From Eledone cirrhosa (Eukaryota), in the NCBI GenBank assembly GCA_964016885.1, contig OZ024743.1, positions 69,626,001-69,690,000 of the forward strand: a stretch of DNA of 64,000 nt, read 5' to 3'. The number at the start of each line of letters is the position of its first letter. Position 1 is the first letter of the stretch. A model generated the notes under the pieces. That model was not told where the DNA came from. It ran no database searches and saw only the letters and a list, made by a program, of their open reading frames with translations. A program made the translations under genes and the position numbers. Of this stretch, positions 40,207 to 54,963 are shown piece after piece.

Positions 40207-41766
40207 TGTGTGTATGTGCGTGTGTGTGTGTGTGTGTGTGTATGTGCGTGTATATGTGATTGTAATTTTGTATTATGTGTCTATGTATACATGTATCTGA
40301 GTATTATGTATGTGTGTATGTATGTATCTATGTGTGTATGTATCCATGTCAGTATGCATGTATGTGCGTGTGTACAGGTGTGGTGTCACCAGTTGATGGA
40401 TACTTCTGATCATGAGGAACTAAGTCGATTAACTCTTTGATAAGAAACGAGTAAAAAGGGTCATAAACAATCGATAAAAACTGATAAGAAACTGATAATG
40501 AAATCGATAAAATTCTGATCGATTAACAAAAGAAGTTTAGCAAGTTAAAGGCAGTTAGTTGTCTGGTCATGCTGAATTGAATAAAGCAATAATTGTTTGA
40601 AGATATTCTGATATCATTGTCTGAATGTCGTTTAGAAGACTACCACACTGCCTACATGATGTGCTTATATGTGGTAGTTATGTTCGAAATATGCGTTTGT
40701 AGAGGCTCTTAATAAATTGAAATAGTATAGCAATCTTGACGATGTTAACTGAGATTCTATTAAAGTAAGAAGCTCTTAACAGAATGAATGTGTAGCAATC
40801 AAGAGAAACCAGACTAAACAGCTTTCTAACTATGTAATTCGAGTCGAAACCCAGATTCATTGCTCGCCTGATCACTTTGCAAAACAGTTAAACTATGTTT
40901 AATGGTACCACTTTGGTAAGCATTGGTTTTCAGACATACTTTTCTTGAACTTTATACATTAGAGAATGGAATTGTTGTTGATCTTTTGTAATATTGGAGA
41001 GATCTTTGGAAGATAATGAGAACATTATGTTCCCTGACTAGTATAAAGATATAGACGAGAAGCAGATAAACTGAATTATAAAACGAGATAAGTCTAATTT
41101 CAGGTCTCTATTTAGATATATAAGGGAAGTATTCCACCATGCTTTAAAAGAGCCATGGATGTTGCAGATATTAATGTAACTATAAACTGGTAAATATAGG
41201 CGGAGAATTGGAAGGTTCGTTAGAACCCCGATTAGAAAGTTTGGCAATAATCGTTCCGGCTCACTGGGATCTTTGAGTTCAAATCCGGCTGGTATCAACT
41301 TTGTATTTTCCCCTTTCTCTGTATCTCTCACTTTCTTTTTACCCCCCTCTGCCATTCACTCTCTCAGTTAGCCACTTCCTCACACTTTCACTCACTCACT
41401 CTCTGCTACTCCCTCTCCATCACTTCCTCCCGTTTAACCTGTGCGAAATCCTTTCCGCACTCACATTTCAACCAGGTTGGATGGTCTTTTTTTCTCTCGT
41501 TTACGATTTACAGAAATTATGTTCATCGATTTCAGAGACGTGACTCCTTCTTCCTCACTTTTCGTTACATTATCATCTTTGTTTGTTTACAGTCTCGCTC
41601 GTTACCATTATTTACGTATCCCAACGACTTTCTTTAGCCGTTGCTCGCACCAATCGGAGGTATATGATCTTTAAAGCGATGAAATACCAATGAAGGTTGG
41701 AAGATCACTGATGAAGGACTCATTTTATTCATATGTAACCCATTTGCAACCACGCAGCACGCCATT

Positions 41767-41826
<60 letters not shown>

Positions 41827-41929
41827 TCTGCTCTGTAAGAGCATCGAGTGTTCAAACGGCCTACCGCATACGGACGCTTTAAGCACCCCACACCAATTAT
41901 ATATATATATATATTCCACAATGCTTCCA

Positions 41930-44121
41930 ACACTACCACCCACATCAACAACAACAGTAAACCAGAAGCAACAACACAAACAACAACATTAACACCATCA
42001 CCACCACAATCACCAACAGCAACGCAAGTATCACGACTAACAGCAACGGTAACGCCATAACAAACAACAACACCATCAACAACAGTAAGACAGCAGCAAT
42101 AAACTCAGCAACAACACAGCCACCACCACCAACACCAACAGCGACCCAATCACCATCAATAACAACAACATTGACACCACCACCAACAACATCAGTAGCA
42201 CCACCACCACCACCACTAACAGTAACACCACCACCACCACCACCACCAACAGTGACACGACGACCACCACCACCACCACCTCCAACAGTAATAACACCAC
42301 CACTAACAACAACAAATATTAACACCACCACCAACAACAACAACAACAGCAACACGACCAACAACAACAGTAACACAAACACCACCACCACAACCAATAG
42401 TAACACCACCACCAAAAACAACAACAGCAACAGCAACAACACCGCCACCACCAACAACAACAGTAACAACACAAACACCCCCAACAACAACAACAGTAAC
42501 ATCAATAGCAAGTAATCAACATTGTAGTGACGTTGTATTCAATTAGCAAAGCAAAGATAACAATTTCTTGGCCTGAAGCAGGAGAAAGTCATTCTACAAC
42601 AGAATCTCATTGAAAAACACAAAAACATCAACATAATAGCCACTAGCTACACCACCACCGCCACCACCATCACACCACCACCATAACCACCAGCATCACC
42701 AACACCACCACCATCACCACCAGCATCACCTCCACCATCACCACCACCACCATCACCACCATCACACCACCACCATCACCGTCAGCATCACCATCAGCAT
42801 CACCAACACCACCACCATCACCATCAGCATCACCAACACCACCACCATCACCACCAGCATCACCACCACCATCACCATCACCACCATCACCACCATCACG
42901 ACGATCACCATCACCACCATCACCACCATCACCATCACCACCCACACCATCACCACCATCACCACCACCACCATCACCACCACCAACATCACCACCATCA
43001 CCACCACCACCACCATCACCGCGATCACCACCACCACCATCAACACCATCACCGCCACGACCATCAACACCATCACCACCACCATCAACATTTTAATCAC
43101 CATGATTTGTATTATGATTATCCTGATCACAATATCAATATGATAATGATGGTGGTGGTGGTGATAGTAGTGATGGTGGTGGTGATGGTGGTGATGGTGA
43201 TGGTGGTGGTGGTGGTGATGGTGGTGGTGGTGGTGGTGGTGGTGATGGTGATGGTGATGGTGGTGATGGTGATGGTGATGGTATTGATGGTGGTGATGGT
43301 GATGGTCGTGATGGGGGTGATGGTGGTGATGGTGGTGATGTGATGGTCGTGATGGTGGTGATGGTGGTGATGGTGGTGGTGGTGGTGTTGGTGGTGTTGG
43401 TGATGGTGTTGGTGGTGATGGTGGTGGTGATGGTTGTGATTGTGGTGGTGGTGATGGTGGTGATGATGATGGTCGTGATGGTGGTGATGGTGGTGATGGT
43501 GATGGTCGTGATGGTGGTGATGGTGATGGTGGTGATGGTGGTGGTGGTGGTGTTGGTAGTGATGGTGGTAATGGTCGTGTTGGTGTTGGTGGTGATGGTG
43601 GTGATGGTGGTGGTGATGGTTGTGATGGTGATGGTGGTGATGGTGATGGTGGTGATGGTGGTGATGATGATGGTCGTGATGGTGGTGATGGTGGTGATGG
43701 TGATGGTCGTGATGGTGGTGATGGTGGTGTTGGTGTTGGTGGTGATGGTGGTGATGGTGGTGATGGTGGTGCTGGTGGTGTTGGTAGTGATGGTGATGGT
43801 GTTGGTGATGGTGGTGATGATGGTGGTGATATAGGCTATAGAACTGTTGATGTTCTAGTGGTATTCATGGTAGTGTTGGTGGTGATGGTAGTGATGGTGG
43901 TGGTCATGATGATGATGGTGGTGTTGGTGGTGATGGTGGTGTTGGTAGTGATGGTGGTGGTGATGATGATGGTGATGGTGGTGGTGATGGCGATGCTGAT
44001 GAATTGAATATGATGACGAGGTCGATCGTTATCGTAATGATTATAATCACCACCATCACCACCACCAACACTATTACCATCATCATCATCATCATCGTCA
44101 TCATCATCGTCATCATCATCG

Positions 44122-44155
<34 letters not shown>

Positions 44156-45840
44156 CATCATCGTCACCACCAATGTCATCTTGATTCTCATTAACAACAT
44201 AAACACCACCATGATCCTCTACACTGCCATCATCTTCGCAATCATCCCCAGCATCACTACTATCATCAAAGTCATCATTATCATCACCAGCATCACTACC
44301 AACTCCATCATCACCCCCAAAACAATTATCAGCAGCATCCCCACTATCACCATCACCGCCGTCACGAACATCACTACCACTCCAACCATCACCACTATAG
44401 TCAGCCTCACAACCACCATCATCACCACCACCACCACCACCACCATTACCATCATCACCATCATCACCACCACGCCAACTGTCACCACCATCCTCACCAA
44501 CACCACTATCATCAACCTCAACAACACCGCCATCAGCACCATCCTCACCATCGTCTCCACCGCCAACACCATCATCACCGCCATTACCACCAACACCACC
44601 ATCTCCACCATCATCAAGCTCATTAGCCTTATCACCACCATCACCATCATCATCACAACCACCATCACTACTATCACCACCATCACCATCACTACTATCA
44701 CCACCATCACCATCACTACTATCACCACCATCACCATCACTACTATCACCACCATCACTACAATCATCACCATCACTACCATCACCACCATCACAAACAC
44801 CACCATCACCACCATCACCACCATCACCACCAACACCACCATCATCACCACCAACACCATCATCACCATCACCACCATCACCACCATCAACACCAACACC
44901 ACCATCATCACCACCAACACCATCACCACCATCACCACCATCACCACCATCACCAACATCACCACCATCACCACCAACACCATCACCACCTCACCACCAT
45001 CACCACCATCACCACCTCACCACCATCACCACCATCACCACCAACACCACCATCATCACCACCAACACCACCATCACCACGATCACCACCATCACCACCA
45101 ACACCACCATCATCACCACCAACACCATCACCACCATCACCACCAACACCACCATCACCACCATCACCAACATCACCACCATCACCAACACCACCATCAC
45201 CAACATCACCACCATCACCACCATCACCACCAACACCACCATCATCACCACCAACACCATCACCACCATCACCACCAACACCACCATCACCACCATCACC
45301 AACATCACCACCATCACCACCATCACCACCATCACCACCATCACCACCATCACCACCAACACCATCACCACCTCACCACCATCACCACCATCACCTCCAA
45401 CACCACCATCATCACCACCAACACCAACATCACCACCAACACCACCATCACCACCATCACCAACATCACCACCATCACCACCATCACCACCATCACCACC
45501 AACACCACCAACACCATCACCACCATCACCATCATCACCACCAACACCACCACCACCATCACCACCAACACCACCATCACCACCATCACCAACATCACCA
45601 CCATCACCAACAACACCATCACCACCAACACCACCACCATCACCACCATCACCACCATCACCACCAACACCACCAACACCATCACCACCAACACCACCAT
45701 CACCACCATCACCAACATCACCACCAACACCATCACCACCATCACCACCATCACCACCAACACCACCATCACCACCATCACCAACAACACCACCAACACC
45801 ATCACCACCATCACCACCATCACCACCATCACACTACCAT
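41930..45840. repeat. Large (CAA/CAC/CAT)n array with an internal inverted (GGT/GAT)n block at ~43140-44000
   Basis: Strand switch is visible at ~43100-43140 and again at ~44040. Confidence 0.95.
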
Positions 45841-46164
45841 GATTACCACTAGAACATCAACAGTTCTATAGCCAATATCACCATATACAGATATGGCAGA
45901 AATGTGGAATTATGTATGTAAACAGAAAAGATATATTCCCACAAGCATGTATGTATATTTGCACATATATATGTATATGCATAAATAGATACGAATGTGC
46001 ACACACACATATATATATGTATATATATGTGTGTGTGTGTGTGTGTGCACATTTGTATCTATTTATGTATATACATATATATATGTTGTGTGTATGTGAA
46101 AGAAGGGGTGGAGTGCGGAAGAGAGAGTATGAGTGTGTACTGTATACATATTTATGTATATATG

Positions 46165-46224
<60 letters not shown>

Positions 46225-46285
46225 CATATTTATATATGTTTTATATGCATTTATAATATCTGTAAATATATTTATATGTATACAA

Positions 46286-46330
<45 letters not shown>

Positions 46331-46347
46331 TAAATATATATACACAT

Positions 46348-46419
<72 letters not shown>

Positions 46420-46453
46420 GTACATATATTTATATATATATATACATACATAC

Positions 46454-46497
<44 letters not shown>

Positions 46498-46538
46498 TGA
46501 TATGAGGAACAAACACATATATATATGTATATATATAT

Positions 46539-46598
<60 letters not shown>

Positions 46599-47047
46599 GT
46601 GTTTGTTCCTCATATCAATATATATATATATATATGTATATATATACATATCTATATATGTGTTTCTTCCTCATATCAATATATATTTATGCAAAGAGAT
46701 ACATAATTATATTAATCTGTGCACATGGCCTGTAAACAATTGTGTATCCCAAAACAAAACATACTCTATCATCCCATCCCTCATTAACATATACATGCAA
46801 ACACATCTATATACACATATACACACACATATACAGGAACACATGCGTACATCTATATACTATGTATGTATATATTATTCTACATATTTACATACGTATA
46901 GAGTAAACACTTACAAATATGTTTATACATATGGTTTCATATATAATTTACATATTTGAATATATATAAACACACTTAAACATGTAAATTATATGTAAGG
47001 ACACACGCAGATATTTATATGCCTGTGTGTGTAGATGTAATATATAC

Positions 47048-47127
<80 letters not shown>

Positions 47128-47247
47128 TTATATATGTTTATATATATATATATATATATGTGTGTGTTTATATATATATATACATATATATATATATGAG
47201 TGTATGCATGTATGTGGGGGATGTACGTGCGTGTATATATATAATGT

Positions 47248-47289
<42 letters not shown>

Positions 47290-47303
47290 TACATATTATT
47301 TAT

Positions 47304-47353
<50 letters not shown>

Positions 47354-47709
47354 GTACATATTATATATATTTACACACACACACACACACACACACATGT
47401 ATATATATATATACACACATATACATAAATTTTTCGATTGTTTCAGGAAATTCATAAGTAGAATTCGTCTCCCTCCGCGATTGGTTTGCCTCTCCCACCA
47501 ACCCTTACCTGTTTCAACATACCCAATTCCCTCCAGTGTATCTAGCCCACCCAACCACCCCTAACTCCACCCTTGTCTTTATTTTCTCGCATTTAAATTA
47601 CATTTATATCCCCAGAAGCTCTGAACGAAACTGTCTATTTTTCTGACTTTTGGAAAACTACCGCCTTCACCACTTCCAAGACCACCACAAACAGCCCCAG
47701 CACATCACT

Positions 47710-50700
47710 ACCACCGTCATCACCCTCACCATCTTCACTACCACCACCATCTTCAATACCACCACCATCTGCACTACCACCACCATCTGCACTACCACCA
47801 CCATCTACACTACCATCACCATCTACCCTACCACCACCATCTACACTACCACCACCATCTACACTACCACCACCATCTACACTACCATCTAGACAACCAC
47901 CACCATCTACACTACCATCACCATCTACACTACCATCACCATCTTCACTACCACCACCATCTACACTACCACCACCATCTGCACTACCACCACCATCTAC
48001 ACTACCACCCCATCTACACTACCATCTAGACAACCACCACCATCTACACTACCATCACCATCTTCACTACCACCACCATCTACACTACCATCAACATCTT
48101 CACTGCCAACACCATCTACACTACCACCACCATCTACACTACCATCACCATCAACACTACCACCATCATCTACACTAACACCACCATCTAGACTACCACC
48201 ACCATCTACACTACCACCACTATCTACACTACCACCACCATCTTCACTACCACCACCATCTTCACTACCATCACCATCTACACTACCACCACCATCTATA
48301 CTACCACCACCATCTACACTACCACCACCATCTACACTACCATCACCATCTACACTACCACCAACATCTACACTACCACCAGCATCTACACTACCACCAA
48401 CATCTACACTACCACCACCATCTTCACTACCACCACCATCTTTACTACCGCCACCATCTTCACTACCACCAGCATCTACACTACCACCATCATCTACACT
48501 ACCACCTCCATCTAGACTACCACCTCCATCTAGACTACCACCACCATCTACACTACCACCAACATCTACACTACCACCAGCATCTACACTACCACCACCA
48601 TCTACACTACCACCACCATCTTCACTACCGCCACCATCTTCACTACCATCACCATCTACACTACCACCACCATCTAGACTACCACCACTATCTACACTAC
48701 CACCAGTATCTACACTACCACCATCATCTACACTACCACCACCATCTACACTACCACCATCATCTTCACTACCACCACCATCTTCACTACCACCACCATC
48801 TTCACTACCACCACCATCTACACTACCACCGCCATCTACACTACCACCACCATCTAGACTACCACCACCATCTTCACGACCACCACCATCTTCACTACCA
48901 CCACCATCTACACTACCACCACCATCTTCACTAGCACCACCATCTTCACTACCACCACCATCTACACTACCACCACCATCTTCACTAGCACCACCATCTT
49001 CACTACCACCATCTTCACTACCACCACCATCTACACTACCACCATCTTCACTACCTCCACCATCTTCACCACCACCACCATCTTCACTACGACTACCATC
49101 TTCACTACCACCACCATCTACACTACCCCCCCATCTTCACTACCACCACCACATAAAAATACAACCACCATCATCTTCACTACCATCACCATCTACACAA
49201 CCACCACCATCTACACTACCATCAACATCTTCACTACCACCACCATCTACACTACCACCACCATCTACACTACCATCACCATCTACACTACCACCACCAT
49301 CTTCACTACCACCACCATCTACACTACCACCACCGTCTACACTACCACCACCATCTTCACTACCACCGCCGTCTTCACTACCGCCACCATCTTCACTACC
49401 ACCACCGTCTTCACTACCACCACCATCTTCATTACCATCACCATCTTCACTAGCACCACCATCTTCACAACCACCACCATCTTCACTACCACCACCATCT
49501 ACACAACCACAACCATCTACACTACCATCACCATCTTCACTACCACCACCATCTTCACTACCACCACCATCTTCACTACCACCACCATCTTCACAACCAC
49601 CACCATCTTCACTACCACCACCATCTACACTACCACTACCATCTACACTACCATCACCATCTACACTACCATCACCATCTACACTACCACTACCATCTAC
49701 ACTACCACCATCATCTACACTACCACCACCATCTTCACTACCACCATCATCTACACTACCTCCACCATCTTCACTACCACCACCATCGTCACTACCACGA
49801 CCATCTTCACTACCACCACCATCTTCACTACCACCACCATCTACACTACCACCATCATCTACACTACCACCACCATCTTCACTACCGCCACCATCTTCAC
49901 TACCACCACCATCTTCACTAGCACCACCATCTTCACAACCACCACCATCTTCACTACCACCACCATCTACACAACCATCACCATCTACACTACCACCACC
50001 ATCTACACTACCACAAACATCTACACTACCACCACCATCTACACTACCACCACCATCTACACTACCACCACCATCTTCACTACCACCACCATCTACACTA
50101 CCACCACCATCTTCACTACCACCACAATCTTCACTACCACCACCATCTTCACTAGCACCACCATCTTCACTACCACCATCTTCACTACCGCCACCATCTA
50201 CATTACCACCACCCTCAACACTACCACCACCATCTACACTACCACTACCATCTTCACTACGACTACCATCTTCACTACCACCACCAGCTTCACTACCACC
50301 ACCATCTTTACTACCACCACCATCTAGACTACCACCACCATCTACACTACCACCATCATCTACACTACCACCACCATCTTCACTACGACCACCATCTTTA
50401 CTACGACCACCATCTTCACTACCACCACCATCTTCACTACCACCACCATCATCACTACCACCACCATCTTCACTAGCACCACCATCTCCACTACCACTAC
50501 CATCTTCACTACCACCACCATCTTCACTACCTCCACCATCTACACTACCACCCCATCTACACTACCACTACCACCTTCACTACCACCACCATCTTCACTA
50601 CCTCCACCATCTACACTACCACCCCATCTACACTACCACTACCACCTTCACTACCACCACCATCTTCACTACCTCCACCATCTACACTACCACCACCATC

Positions 50701-50870
50701 TTCACTAGCACCACCATCTTCACTACCACCACCATCTTCACTAGCACCACCATCTTCACTACCAAGACCATCTACACTACCACCACCATCTTCACTACCA
50801 CCACAATCTACACTACCACCACCATCTTCACTACAACCACCATCTTCCCTACTATATCTTCACTACCAAC
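47710..50870. repeat. 18-bp minisatellite (CACTACCACCACCATCT[A/T])n, about 3.1 kb
   Basis: Directly visible periodicity. Confidence 0.97.
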
Positions 50871-51219
50871 ACAATCTTCCATACCACAGTGATCAACAAC
50901 ATCATAGCCATTAGTCAAAATCATAACCATCTATATCTCCAATTCCCCCCTGCTCCACTTTCGTCACTCCATTATAACCACAACGACAATCAACACCATC
51001 GTCGCCGCGATTAATACGAATTTTAAGAATATTTCACACATTTCCTTCAGTCTTCATCCTCAACGTACACTATTCGTCAAAACTAACGTATTTTCTTACT
51101 ACTGTTATCATCATCATCATCAACTACATCATCATCATCATCATTGGCAACTACATAACACATTATCATCGTCATTATCATCATCATTATATTCAGCAGC
51201 ATCAATTCTACCAAAGCTA

Positions 51220-52400
51220 TGACCACAACCACAGCCACAGCCGTCATCACCATTCAAACGACCACCACCACCATCACCACCGTTACAGCCACCACCACAA
51301 CCGTCACCACCATTCAAAACACCACCACCACCACCATCACCACAGTTACAGCCACCACCACAACCGTCACCACCATTCAAACCACCACCGTTACAGCCAC
51401 CACCACAACCGTCACCATCATTAAAACCACCACCAGCACCATCACCACCGTTACAGCCACCACCACAACCGTCACCATCATTAAAAACACCACCAGCACC
51501 ATCACCACAGTTACAGCCACCACCACAACCGTCACCATTATTAAAACCACCACAACAACCATCACCACCATTAAAACTACCATCAGCCCACCACCGTCAC
51601 TACCATTAAAACTACCACCAGACCACCACCGTCACCACCATTAAAACTACCACCAGACCACCACAGTCACCACCATTAAAACTACCACCAGACCACCACC
51701 GTCACCACTATTGAAACTACCATCACACCACCACCGTCACCACCATTAAAACTACCACCACCGTCACCACCATTAAAACTACCATCACACCACCACCGTC
51801 ACCACCATTAAATCAACCACCAGACCACCACCGTCACCACATTTAAAACTACCATCACACCACTACCGTCACCGCCATTAAAACTACCACCAGACCACCA
51901 TTAAAACCACCATTAACACCACCACCGTCACCATCACCATCGTCACCACCATTAACACTACCATCACACCACCACCGTCACCACCATTGAAACTACCATC
52001 ACACCACCATCGTCACCACCATTAACACTACTATCACACCACCACCGTTACCACCATTGAAACTACCATCACACCACCACCGTCACCACCATTAAAACTA
52101 CCACCAGACCACCACCGTCATTACCATTAAAACTACCACCAGACCACCACCGTCATTACCATTAAAACTACCACCAGACCACCACCGTCATTACCATTAA
52201 AACTACCACCAGACCACCACCGTCATTACCATTAAAACTACCACCAGACCACCACCGTCATTACCATTAAAACCACCAGACCACCACCACCACCGCCACC
52301 ATCACCATCGTCACCACCATTGAAACTACCATCATACCACCACCGTCACCACCATTAAAACCACCACCACCACCATCACCACCACCGTCACCTTCATTAG
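51220..52400. repeat. CA-rich minisatellites: ~60-bp unit (51220-51560), then 35-bp unit
   Basis: TTAAAA recurs at 51421, 51481 and 51541. ATTAAAACTACCACCAGACCACCACCGTCATTACC recurs at 52091, 52126 and 52161. Confidence 0.9.
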
Positions 52401-52887
52401 CTTCACCACCACCGCCATCATCATTACCGCTCACTCACTCTACAACTTCTCTTCTTCAATATATCTGCACACAAGTGGTCTTTATGCCACGAGCCACACG
52501 CTCACCTTTCTGGACTCATCACTGAGATGTGTATATCTGCATGTGTGTATGTGTATACGTGTACCTTTATATGGGAATATCTAGCTCTGTATATCTGTAT
52601 GTGCGTATGTGTATACGTGTACCTTTATATGGGAATATCTAGCTGTGTATATCTGATCTGTATGTATGTATGTATGTGTATATATACCTCAATATTGGAA
52701 TATCTAGATGTGTATATGTCTATCTCAGTGTGGGTATATCAGCATGTATGTATGTGTATATGTGTATATCTACATTTGTGTCGCAATATGTGTATATTTG
52801 TATACTTGTTTATATATCTTTGAACAACGCCATGTTTCTCTCCTCTTTCTGTTTCCATGTGTCTTTCATCTCTCTCTCTCTCTCCCT

Positions 52888-53051
<164 letters not shown>

Positions 53052-53740
53052 CTGTCCTCTCTCTCTCTTCTGCCCCCACCTCTCTCTCTCTCTCAACCAT
53101 CAGATGAAAGAAAACTATCCAAAACGTCATATTTTCGTTTCTCAGGGCAAATGAACTAATCAACATCTTCCTCGAACGCTAAACAGTCGAGCAGAAATAG
53201 AAGCCAATAGATCAAACCATGGTTCCTTCATATTAGAAGTGTGAGCAGACTTAAATTGTGTATGGTAGATCAAATGTTCTGTTTATTTTATCACCCTATT
53301 CATATTCATATGTGTCTGTTGCGAATCCAAGGCTAGATAAACGATTGCTTCGCGCATTCATAGATCGTATGTCATTGTATTTGATTAAGTTTGCTGTACA
53401 ATTCCCCGAGATGGATTAAATAAACAACAGTCATATTCTAGTGTTGAGTAAATGTGACTTGGCTGGCGTGTGTGTATTTGGGTCTGTTCGAGTCTATGTC
53501 GTGTAACGTCGCATTTAGACAAAAATTAGATTGATCTTGAAATTATAACTACAGGGGTCGATATGATCGAATCAAAAGTCCTGGCGATACGTCAGTATCA
53601 CCGCAGTCAGAATGACTGAAACAAGTAAAAGTATGGAATAAAAATAATCAAAATATTGTATAAACATGACTTCTCGTCGTGTCAAACGAAACTCGTATAA
53701 TACTTTGAAAATTTTAGTAAATCAAAAGATAACTGACAGT

Positions 53741-53932
53741 CGACCGTGGTGCTAAAAAGTTCCGGGCTATGTGTGAAAGAAAACACAGGAGGATCAGTTA
53801 ATTATGATTTTCTTCAACATATTCCCCTCACAGATTCACACACTTATTGCAGCTGTCCTACTTCTCATATAAAGGTAACAGTTCTAACCCTTTTTTGATA
53901 CCCTTGAGCAGGAACATTTCATCACCCTGGTA
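53741..53932. mobile_element. Mariner-like MITE with degenerate TIRs
   Basis: GGTGCTAAAAAGTTCCGGGCT at the left end and AGCAGGAACATTTCATCACCCTGG-TA at the right end. Confidence 0.55.
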
Positions 53933-54338
53933 TGGATGCAAGTGAATCAAAAACGAAAACTACATGTTTTATCTTACGAATGATTCGAACCTACAAGTGC
54001 ACAGGGAAAAATAACAAATGGAGGAGACAAAACGATTGGATTTTCGACTATTAACAAATAAGATAAAGTTCGCTATAAACCAATGTACTACAACTGAAAA
54101 ACTAGATAAATACAAAGCCAAACATATTAGCCAAGAAGAAGTGTAAAGAGAAATTGGAAGAGAGAAATAATATAGAAACATTTATAAAAACTTTGTCCTG
54201 TGTTGTGTTCGTTTTTCAGTTGTCTTTCCACACACTTTTTTTTATTCATTTTGTATGGTTTTAGCCACGCGGGACACTTTTTCAAATTGATATGTATGTA
54301 TTTTACACCACCTGCGTTCTCTGATCAATATCTTTTCA

Positions 54339-54421
<83 letters not shown>

Positions 54422-54585
54422 CACGTTGTGTTGGTCTATTTAGAACTAACGTCAAGACAAACGAACAACGTTTTATTTAATAGTCGTATATTTTTTTTCT
54501 TTTCACATTCTCTTTTCACTGCTTCTTCTTGGCTAATATGTTTAGCTACGTGTGCCACTTTTAATATATATACATATATATATAT

Positions 54586-54716
<131 letters not shown>

Positions 54717-54963
54717 GATAGATATGTTTCTTTATTAGCCACAGGGGCACAAAAGAAGGGGACAAATACAAAGGGGGAAGCTTACATACAATAAAAACGT
54801 GTAAAATGTTATCACAAATGTAATTTTAAAAGTTAGTCGATTTTCCCCAATAGGGGGAGACAGTTTATATGGGTAACACATACCCCCGAAAAAATGTGCA
54901 ACCCTCATCTCCAGGAGTACGAAGAGTTTGTACTCCTTTCCTCTCCTCCTCCTTTTCCTCAAC

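Noticed and set aside
40680-41130. Possible decayed Penelope RT thumb on the minus strand
   Set aside because: Only a vague similarity to YDKRDDF..I..F motifs, too degenerate to support without a profile search.
44004-45842. 612-aa Thr/His-rich ORF, and the 415-aa ORF at 5935-7182
   Set aside because: Trinucleotide arrays lack stops by composition. The residue type changes with slippage frameshifts, and there is no domain or splice support.
47615-50870. Possible mucin/extensin-like exon (AG acceptor at ~47614, then (PSTLPP)n)
   Set aside because: Single-base deletions (e.g. ~48010, ~49130) break the frame, and the nearby candidate exon at ~47447 is phase-incompatible. It would need RNA-seq to revive.
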